Positions 56,715-64,000 of a stretch of DNA of 64,000 nt are shown here, one piece after another (the first letter of the stretch is position 1; each line of letters starts with the position of its first letter). The stretch is from Bacteroidales bacterium (GTDB taxonomy: Bacteria; Bacteroidota; Bacteroidia; Bacteroidales; UBA932). The DNA lies in contig JAKSJO010000003.1 of the NCBI GenBank assembly GCA_024398125.1, forward strand, positions 43,708 through 107,707, read 5' to 3'. The notes beneath the pieces were generated by a model that saw only the letters and a program-made list of their open reading frames with translations, ran no database searches and had not been told where the DNA came from. The translations under genes and the position numbers were made by a program.

Positions 56715-59341
56715 CAGTCAAGAGTTACAGTATTATCCTTTACACATCGAATAGACATGCCGTATGAACGTCTCATGCGGAAGAGCATGAGGTAGCGGCT
56801 CGCGGCGCTTGTACTGTGCTTCATACGTACATAGTAGAAATATCCGTCACCGTCATGGTCAGCCGCTGCATAATTAGATTCCAAAGCATTGTTTGTCAAG
56901 ATCGGAGCTTCGGAAAACAGGTATCCGCCTATAGGGAATACAATGGTCTCGGTCGGATAATCCCAATCGTCCCATTTCTTTAGGTCCGAAGGCTTTTCCA
57001 GAAAATCTTCATCTGTAGCCGGATAGCGGCAAATCTCGAGAACAACTGGATATTTGTCAGCGCTGTTGTAATATGAAACAGGAACATAGTTTCCACCCTT
57101 GAGTGTGATATAACGCCATCTCAGTCTGTATGCCTGGGATGTTCCCTGGCATTTTATGGCATACAAGGTGCCCTGATAGAATCTCATAGATGCCAAAGGA
57201 GAATCGACATTCCTATAATCAGCATCATGCTTGTTTTCCACGCAGAGGTAATGGGTTATGTATCCTTCTGAAGGGTCGCCGAGGTCTTCTTTCAGGTTTG
57301 TTTGCGATATCTTGAACTGTCCACCTACTTCGTGCCACCAGAGATAATAGTCCTCATTTGGCTCCTTGTCGTCGACGTATATCTGCTCATACCCAGCATT
57401 GAACCAGGCTGTTTTATGCCAGTTGTCCTTGTTTCCAAACGCATGGTATGTATAAGTGTTGTTGGCGTTACCCGTATTGCCGCGGAACTGATGCGTAGGA
57501 GTTCCATTATTATCCCAATCGTAGTAGGAATTCAAGCCAGTGTCATCATTGTATGCAGAACCCACCGGCTTATTTCTAGCATTGTTTTCTCCATTGCTGA
57601 AGGTAATGTCTCCGGTTCTCTTGCTGAGAGGCATAATTCCGGCCCAGTCGTCTTTAGAAGGCACTTTCCATCCCTTTGGACATGGGTTCTTCTCTTTGTC
57701 AGTCCAGGTGTCGGGGGCGTTTTCTTTAGAGCCTCTGGTACCCGTCCACCAAGGCAGATTGTCATCAGCTCCTCCGACAACAATCAGATATCTTTTTTTC
57801 TCTGCTGATGTAACATCGCTCCAGGCTGACGTCTCCCATTCGTGTGCTTCGTATGCGAGATTGCTTACGGAGTTGGATGCGTGGTATCCAAGAGGATATG
57901 TTGCGCCCAAACTCGCCCAGTTTCCCGTATAGTAATATGTTGTCGAACCGGCTGTAGCCGACTGCCATTTGCCTCCTGGAAAGTTTGCGCTACCTGCAAA
58001 TGCTGTTACCGCATCTATCGCATCCTGCTTGGATGTACTGTTGATTAGAGGGAATCCCGCAAGGTACGGGTTGTAGGTAGCTGCGTTGTCCTTATTGTAC
58101 GCCGGGGTGTACACATATTCCTTATCAACCCCGCCGATGTTCTTGGTATTGGTCGGCAGCACGAAATACGGGATGGAACGACCGTACTGGTAGAAGTAGC
58201 CGCGCATCTGGTCCCATTCCTGGACATTGTTGTAGGTTGCGCTTTCCGCTCCGAGGTTACGGTCCGCCCATGTGACGCCGCCGAAGGTGATAGGCTGACC
58301 AAGAGGGATATCTCCTGTAAGGCCTGTAGCGCCTTCAATCCAATCATACATGGTTGGAAGGACCATGATAATCTTGATGTTGTTGTTGACAACCGCCAAA
58401 GAGAAAGTGAACTCGTAGTTCTGCTGAAGCCCCTTGCCTCCAGGTATCTGATCAAGAGGCAGTTTCGTGTTCACTTCAAGCAGATAATCATTCGCAATGA
58501 CTCCCAGATCGGTACTGTGTGGAACCCTTACCTTGACATTCACATCTATGGAACCGGAAGTTTCGGGGCGTGGAAAGACAAGAGCGCTCGCGACCTTGTC
58601 TTTTCCCTTATTGTCCTGATCCTTCAGATCCTCATCGGTCATGATTGCAAGACCATTATATGGGTCTCTTGAGAAAATTTCAACCTGATTACGATCCACT
58701 CCGGTCGTATCCCTCCATTCTCCCGCGATTATATCGTACAAAGCACTGTCATAGTCCCATATCGAAACGCTTTCCAGGGTTGCTCCGACAAGTTCCGGAA
58801 CATCCTGACGGGTTATCGTAAAGTTTATCTTGGACAAAGCATGCTTGAAAGGCAGGACTATTTCTCCCGAATTCACACTGCTCTGGCTCGGCAGAACCGC
58901 TCTGCGAAGGTCCTTGAGGCGGCCGTCTGTTCTTACAAGGGCAAATACCGGCTTGTTGGCTATGCCATTGATAGTCCTCTTGTCCAATGCAGACTCTATC
59001 GGTCCGGACTCTCCTACGGTGACTCCGTAGAAATTCAGAGTGCGTCCACCGAATAGTGTCTCCACTGAAGAAGGAAACTTAATGGCGCCATCTGTCTCGG
59101 TGGCGTCGGAATCGATGTAAGGAGAAGACAGGTTAGAGTTGTTGACCTTGTCGGTCTCGTACGCATAGATGTGATATTTGTCTCCTTCACCGAACGGCAC
59201 GCTCTTGGTCCCGAAGGACTCGTACACGCCCTTCAGGCTGAACCCGTTCGACGAACCATGGATATTGTCATCGACACATCCACTTAACAGAACAGAGGCC
59301 GCTACGATACAGGCAATACTCAGATATCCTTTCATTTTCAT
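56714..59341 (-). CDS. Large type V pilin with C-terminal FISUMP/C-type-lectin-like domain (putative tip adhesin)
   Basis: Lipobox LSGC, GTK-S, FKHALSKI pilin domain; then WADRNLGA, GYFYQYGR, NPCPKGWKVP, GMSIRCVKD. Confidence 0.8.
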   Translation of the reverse strand: MKMKGYLSIACIVAASVLLSGCVDDNIHGSSNGFSLKGVYESFGTKSVPFGEGDKYHIYAYETDKVNNSNLSSPYIDSDATETDGAIKFPSSVETLFGGRTLNFYGVTVGESGPIESALDKRTINGIANKPVFALVRTDGRLKDLRRAVLPSQSSVNSGEIVLPFKHALSKINFTITRQDVPELVGATLESVSIWDYDSALYDIIAGEWRDTTGVDRNQVEIFSRDPYNGLAIMTDEDLKDQDNKGKDKVASALVFPRPETSGSIDVNVKVRVPHSTDLGVIANDYLLEVNTKLPLDQIPGGKGLQQNYEFTFSLAVVNNNIKIIMVLPTMYDWIEGATGLTGDIPLGQPITFGGVTWADRNLGAESATYNNVQEWDQMRGYFYQYGRSIPYFVLPTNTKNIGGVDKEYVYTPAYNKDNAATYNPYLAGFPLINSTSKQDAIDAVTAFAGSANFPGGKWQSATAGSTTYYYTGNWASLGATYPLGYHASNSVSNLAYEAHEWETSAWSDVTSAEKKRYLIVVGGADDNLPWWTGTRGSKENAPDTWTDKEKNPCPKGWKVPSKDDWAGIMPLSKRTGDITFSNGENNARNKPVGSAYNDDTGLNSYYDWDNNGTPTHQFRGNTGNANNTYTYHAFGNKDNWHKTAWFNAGYEQIYVDDKEPNEDYYLWWHEVGGQFKISQTNLKEDLGDPSEGYITHYLCVENKHDADYRNVDSPLASMRFYQGTLYAIKCQGTSQAYRLRWRYITLKGGNYVPVSYYNSADKYPVVLEICRYPATDEDFLEKPSDLKKWDDWDYPTETIVFPIGGYLFSEAPILTNNALESNYAAADHDGDGYFYYVRMKHSTSAASRYLMLFRMRRSYGMSIRCVKDNTVTLD

Positions 59342-60408
59342 CAGTTGCTGTAATCAATGGTTCCAGGCGCGGTAAAGTCGCCTTCCTGCTTTATTGCGAT
59401 ATTGTCCCATGTTGCTACATGTATTCCGTCCTCAACATTGACCATGAAATCATAGGTGTAGCGGTGCGACGACTTGTAATACTGCTGATTGAGGGACGCC
59501 ATATACTGGGTCGGCACATCGTTAACCGCGATGTTGAACAGGATGAAGATGGCATTCGTGGTTGCATCTGTAGGCAGAATCGAAATCTTGCCTTGCAGGC
59601 CATCCCCTGTCTCACTCCAATCGGTGACCTTCACTCCATGGTATTTGTCTCCGACCTTCATAGGAAGCTCACTGCCACCAATACTCCAATGGAACGCGAC
59701 TCCGGAATCGTCGTTTTGGATTCCGGTAAGGTCGACTCCTTCCGGTAGTATCTCCAACTTGGTCACGTTCTTACCTTTCTTTATATTGAATACCATCTCG
59801 GCCGTCTGGTTTATGAGAGGATTCAGGGTAACGGGCTGTACTGCGTTGCCGGTGGTGATGATGACATTTGCTATGGTAGGTTCAGTCTCTTCCCAATTTG
59901 GATCGGAGGCAATCACATAGTCTCCGTTTCGTATAGGCATCACATCCGGATATACCACGTGGTTAATTTCGACATCTCTGATCTTTCTCGCAGGAGAGAC
60001 TGCATGGAACCTATACTTTCCCACACCGAGCATAAGTGGGGATCCAGTCTGTTCAAGGCAGGTTCCATCATAATCCACACGGCAAGGATAGAGGGAATTG
60101 CCGCCACCGACAACGTATGACTTTAACGGATAGCGCTCCTTGTCCTGAACAAATTCCTCTTGTTCCGCATCCCACACCTCAATCATAAGATAGAGCGTGG
60201 TTCCAACCGGAAGATCCTGTTTTGTCGGGAGCGGATCTGCTATGGAAGCCAATGAAGGAGCCTTGGTATCAAATCCCGGAGTAAGTCCGGCATACACGCC
60301 ACCTGCAAGAACAGGTACCTTTATCTCAAGAATATCTGTCGCCACCCTCTGGCATGAGAGAGCCATCAAGCAGATTGCAATGGAAGGAATAATCGATAAG
60401 TTTCTCAT
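59341..60408 (-). CDS. Fimbrillin-clan lipoprotein
   Basis: Lipobox ALSC, DTK-A, SLYPC, YRFHAVSPA, ISILP, YTYDF, C-terminal VATW. Confidence 0.75.
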   Translation of the reverse strand: MRNLSIIPSIAICLMALSCQRVATDILEIKVPVLAGGVYAGLTPGFDTKAPSLASIADPLPTKQDLPVGTTLYLMIEVWDAEQEEFVQDKERYPLKSYVVGGGNSLYPCRVDYDGTCLEQTGSPLMLGVGKYRFHAVSPARKIRDVEINHVVYPDVMPIRNGDYVIASDPNWEETEPTIANVIITTGNAVQPVTLNPLINQTAEMVFNIKKGKNVTKLEILPEGVDLTGIQNDDSGVAFHWSIGGSELPMKVGDKYHGVKVTDWSETGDGLQGKISILPTDATTNAIFILFNIAVNDVPTQYMASLNQQYYKSSHRYTYDFMVNVEDGIHVATWDNIAIKQEGDFTAPGTIDYSN

Positions 60409-61511
60409 GTCGTCGGTACTGGATTAGGAATAGGTATTATCACGTTGCCGCCGTCCTCCCAGTCCTCACTCTGGCCTTTGAGAGTGAAGCTGTCCTGGTC
60501 GAAAACTATGGTCACGACATAACTCTGGCCAGGGAGGATACTAGAAACCGGATCGCCATTCGGAGTAGAGAGTTCGACGGATACATCGTTTCCACCAAAC
60601 AAGGTTCCGAACTTTCCGGGAAAGCGTGAGCCCTCTGCATATGTTTCAAGGTCGCGTGAATATGTAAGGTCAAGATTGATATGCAGAGATGGGAGAGCGT
60701 GGCTGTTGTCAGGCTTGCACAGGTATATGTAGTCCTCCGTCTCGGCGTACTCGGAACCTGGGGCATGAGGGATGCTGTTGACGTCGTTTGCAACATGCGG
60801 TCTAAGGAGAGCCTCAAACCTCGGAACCAATGTACTGTTACCTTTCGGAAAATATGAACCCGCCTCCGGATCCCATTCAAGGCTGACCGGGATATATTCC
60901 GGACTGATTACAACCTTGGCATTCATTACTCCGAGGCTTTTCATATTCTCGGAGCAGATGGCGCGGAACTTGACCCTGAAAGTGGCGTAGTGGAAATCAA
61001 GGGCATCTTCTGCGTGTTTGTACGGACTGATGGAACTGCCGACTTTCGGCCCGGCATTGGCAATGCCAGCCCAGACTGAATTGTCGTATGGCTCTTCCCC
61101 ATAATTCACGCGGATGCTCTTATAATCATTGCACATATCAAGCAGCCATCCAGTGGGGTCGGTAAAATCCACGCGGTCGCCATGATCGTCCTGCATTGCC
61201 GGTGCAAAACCGCTCATCGTTACATAGTCGTAATTGGATGGATATGCCGTCTGGGTGTTCCACTTCTGATTGGAAGGCGAATAGGTGTCGATGGACGGAA
61301 GCCAGGTTTCATAGTAGGGCTTGTAGCCATCAGTTCCTATCTTGTCAAGGGCAACGCTTCTATGCATGACAACCATGCATGGCCATTCCCCCGCTGGAGC
61401 AGCCTTTGTCGCCACTGTGCTCAGGGATATGGGCTCCGGCTGCGGAATGTCGTTACGGTTGCAGGAAATCACCGCAGCAAGCAATATGGTAAGAGATATG
61501 ACTTTCTTCAT
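60405..61511 (-). CDS. Fimbrial-type lipoprotein
   Basis: Start MKKVISL, lipobox VISC, ATK-A, WNTQTAYP, PGQSYVVTI, SEDW terminal strand. Confidence 0.7.
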   Translation of the reverse strand: MKKVISLTILLAAVISCNRNDIPQPEPISLSTVATKAAPAGEWPCMVVMHRSVALDKIGTDGYKPYYETWLPSIDTYSPSNQKWNTQTAYPSNYDYVTMSGFAPAMQDDHGDRVDFTDPTGWLLDMCNDYKSIRVNYGEEPYDNSVWAGIANAGPKVGSSISPYKHAEDALDFHYATFRVKFRAICSENMKSLGVMNAKVVISPEYIPVSLEWDPEAGSYFPKGNSTLVPRFEALLRPHVANDVNSIPHAPGSEYAETEDYIYLCKPDNSHALPSLHINLDLTYSRDLETYAEGSRFPGKFGTLFGGNDVSVELSTPNGDPVSSILPGQSYVVTIVFDQDSFTLKGQSEDWEDGGNVIIPIPNPVPTT

Positions 61512-61513
61512 GA

Positions 61514-63190
61514 TTACTGAGGCTTTATTTCTATCGATCCAGAACCATCGTCCGGCCATACCAGACTGCTGGTGGTAGTTGTATTGAGTTCCATCATGCT
61601 TGTGCTGATTGACGGCACATGAAGGACCTTCGCCCTCAAGGTATAGCTTGCGTCGCGTCTGACAGAAGACTTTCCTTCCCCAAAAGTCAGATAGTTCCTT
61701 TCGGTATCGGGGTCAGTGGCAGTATCTCCGGATATGTACGCGGCATAGTAGCATTTGCCCTGGGGGTACTTGACAAAATCTTCTTGAGTAAGTCGACGGT
61801 ATGACGGGTCAGCAGTATGCATATCATGCGAATAGGCTATTTCAGCCTGCACTCCTTCCCAGTTATAGAAATGTTTCAGGTCCGGAGTCCAGAAGGTGCC
61901 GTCTCCCGGTTCTGTGGGATGCTCATTGTCCTTGAGGCGGTCAATGGCAGCATCGCGATCGGTAAAACCTTCATAAATATGGTTTCTGTCTACCGAACCA
62001 TCACGTCCAATTATGATGTATCTAGGGGTAAACTGGACCTCGACAAGGAGATGTGTGGTAGCGCGGCGCGGAGCGAATCTTCGGTATGATGAATTCAGAC
62101 CAAAGTCACGCAGGAAACCATCCGAGGGATCCGAGAACACTGTATTTTCGAGGCAGTACAGGTTGCTTGGAGGCGTAGCCATCCATTGCGGAGTCAGCGG
62201 ATCAGCGAAGAGCGTGGCGGCATCGTTGGGGTCCCAGTATAAAAAGTCTTTTTCGTAGCCGCTTTTGTATGTCCAGTCCGCACCGGAAGGCTCGATGGTG
62301 TTTTCAAGAAGATAGTTCGGATCCTCGGGGAAAGATGTCGGCACATTGCAACTACCGTCTGCCTCAAGGAAGACTTTCGTGTTCACGGCATTGAGACAAT
62401 AGCGGATGGACGACAACGGAACCCATCCGGCCTGGCTGCCGTACCCATCCTTAACATCAACCCGGATGTTATCAGGAATCTCCGTAACATGATCATCCAG
62501 ATAGCCCAGAACAACGGCCTGATCGGGTGCATGTTCGTAGTGATCGAACTCCATGTGGACCTGCGCCAGCATTCTGTGCAGTTCTCCGTCCAAAGTCAAT
62601 CCAGTGGCATTCGGAGTGACGATGACCTGGCTGTTGCCGGCGTAAGTGCATTTTGCCATCATTGTATATCCTCTGGTTTCGGAGAAGAACATGTCCTTGA
62701 GTTCCAGTTGCTTTTCTCCGAATGTGCTTTCTGTCAGAACAGGGCTGAATGCTGATTCGCGACTGACACGAAGCCCCTTTCCAGCACCAACCGCCTGGTC
62801 GTTCACGAAATCCAGCATGACATCGGTATAATTGACCAGGACATAGAAAACATTGTTGCCGACATAGGCATTCACTTTCCCGCTGACTTCAGTTGACGAG
62901 TTCCAGTCCAACGGAGTATCAAAAACTGTCACCAGAGACTTTTTCCAGCTGCTTTCGACATCAGACTTTACCGGGCGGGCAATCACAGCCAGATTTGTGA
63001 CCTTAGTCTCCGGATCACTATTATCAATAGATGCCTTTGTCATGCCTGCACCGAGTCTGAATGTGAGTTCGATCTGACGCTGCTGCATTTCCTCTTCCTC
63101 CCGACCTGGCTTATTGCCATCGTGCAGCGGCTCCTGCTGGCACGAGAACAGGAGCATCAACAATACAGATATGAACAGAAGTCTTCTCAT
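61514..63190 (-). CDS. Mfa1/FimA-like major fimbrial subunit
   Basis: Lipobox LFSC, MTK-A, YVLVN, LHRMLAQV, LYCLENT, YPQGKCYY..YI, VRRDASY. Confidence 0.75.
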   Translation of the reverse strand: MRRLLFISVLLMLLFSCQQEPLHDGNKPGREEEEMQQRQIELTFRLGAGMTKASIDNSDPETKVTNLAVIARPVKSDVESSWKKSLVTVFDTPLDWNSSTEVSGKVNAYVGNNVFYVLVNYTDVMLDFVNDQAVGAGKGLRVSRESAFSPVLTESTFGEKQLELKDMFFSETRGYTMMAKCTYAGNSQVIVTPNATGLTLDGELHRMLAQVHMEFDHYEHAPDQAVVLGYLDDHVTEIPDNIRVDVKDGYGSQAGWVPLSSIRYCLNAVNTKVFLEADGSCNVPTSFPEDPNYLLENTIEPSGADWTYKSGYEKDFLYWDPNDAATLFADPLTPQWMATPPSNLYCLENTVFSDPSDGFLRDFGLNSSYRRFAPRRATTHLLVEVQFTPRYIIIGRDGSVDRNHIYEGFTDRDAAIDRLKDNEHPTEPGDGTFWTPDLKHFYNWEGVQAEIAYSHDMHTADPSYRRLTQEDFVKYPQGKCYYAAYISGDTATDPDTERNYLTFGEGKSSVRRDASYTLRAKVLHVPSISTSMMELNTTTTSSLVWPDDGSGSIEIKPQ

Positions 63191-63999
63191 TCGAGTATTG
63201 TTTCATTTGATTCCGGCATCCAGTCATGGATGCTGAGGTCTATGATCATATCAAGAATCACTTCGGAATCGGATATCTTGACAATATAGGTATATGAATG
63301 GTTGAGATCCCATTGGGCTTTTGAGGCAGGAATGTCGATCCGCATCCCTGGGTAGAAGACATACTCGTTGTGCTCCGAATCTATGTAGGTGCAGCTATTT
63401 ATCGTCAATGTAATCCTTTCGCTGCTGTTATATGGCAGGATATTGGTGAAAGTGGAGGCTGTCGCGGTCTCAACGGTGGTGCCGATCGGATCAGACACGG
63501 ATACGGTACCGCCGATGCCTGGAGGATCAATAAAGCTTACATTGCTTGCTGCGAAAGTGCCGTCTTGAAGATTGACTGCATAGTCTCCCTGGTTTACAAA
63601 TTTTCCGTCGAGGCTGAAATTAATATTCTTGACTTCCCAGTCCTCCATGTCTTCATAGAATGCGACGCTGATTCTGGAGAGAAGGCGGGAGAACTGCAAT
63701 TCGACAGGTTCTCCAAATTCCGATTTTGGAACTGTATTGTAATTCTCCAACGCGAGGAAATTATCGCTGTCACTCGACGATGCACCCTCGATGCGGGCGG
63801 TTCCGGAATCCACAACAAAGTCATCGGTAGCAGCGGAGAATCTGTAATTCTCAGCCTTGAAGTCCCAGTATTGTATTTCCTGGCCGTTCACTCCCTTGTA
63901 GTTCCAAGCGTCATCGGCATAGTTCATGGTAAAGCCGTCGAAGACAGTCTCCGGCGACGGAGAAACGGTCTTGGCTCCGTAGAGCTTGAAAGTTGTAAC
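63187..63999 (-). CDS. Fimbrillin-like protein, 5' end beyond the right edge
   Basis: Frame stays open upstream of the track's ATG (VTTFKLYGAKT..VFDGF), W.Y..QYWDF, FSRLLSRI, NHSYTY, IHDW. Confidence 0.8.
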   Translation of the reverse strand, partial: VTTFKLYGAKTVSPSPETVFDGFTMNYADDAWNYKGVNGQEIQYWDFKAENYRFSAATDDFVVDSGTARIEGASSSDSDNFLALENYNTVPKSEFGEPVELQFSRLLSRISVAFYEDMEDWEVKNINFSLDGKFVNQGDYAVNLQDGTFAASNVSFIDPPGIGGTVSVSDPIGTTVETATASTFTNILPYNSSERITLTINSCTYIDSEHNEYVFYPGMRIDIPASKAQWDLNHSYTYIVKISDSEVILDMIIDLSIHDWMPESNETILE

Positions 64000-64000
64000 C

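Noticed and set aside
54700-64000. Complete DGR, shufflon or invertible promoter in the pilus locus
   Set aside because: No reverse transcriptase, recombinase, template repeat or long inverted repeats visible in this window.
1-64000. CRISPR array, rRNA, IS element, prophage, known defence genes
   Set aside because: No regularly spaced direct repeats, transposase, integrase, phage structural genes or defence-type domain pairs recognised. The RecD-like and DUF853 ATPases sit in housekeeping contexts without nuclease or Sir2 partners.

Overview
This is a chromosomal window from a Bacteroidales genome. TAnnTTTG -7 promoter boxes sit upstream of many genes, start contexts are A-rich without Shine-Dalgarno sequences, and the homologues look Bacteroides-like; I cannot assign a genus from sequence alone. 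Positions 1-54.7 kb are mostly housekeeping and metabolism: lemA-DUF2207-ProX, Lrp-divergent metX-thrA-asd, porin-potABCD, patB/DUF3737, GH51, a DUF853 ATPase, purU, NhaC, ROK-HAMP-trkH-RecD-like-GMP, glnS, yicC, dnaN-dnaQ-mnmA, and cysE-iorAB-aminotransferase-paaK-ACT-paaI. Positions 54.7-64 kb are a type V pilus (fimbrillin) locus of at least 7 lipoproteins that runs off the right edge. I saw no rRNA, intact tRNA, CRISPR array, integrase, transposase or reverse transcriptase. I did not find an unmistakably new system. The best leads are: (1) a possible complete aryl-acid/aromatic amino acid interconversion operon; (2) a 4HB-HAMP membrane protein with no output domain, coupled to TrkH with no adjacent TrkA; (3) the pilus locus, with uniform TK cleavage motifs and a large lectin-like tip; (4) an apparent FAH-fold pseudoenzyme; (5) a 100-aa insertion in MnmA; (6) a Tat-lipoprotein flavodoxin-like gene missed by the ORF track. 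All family assignments come from motif recognition by eye, not from database searches.
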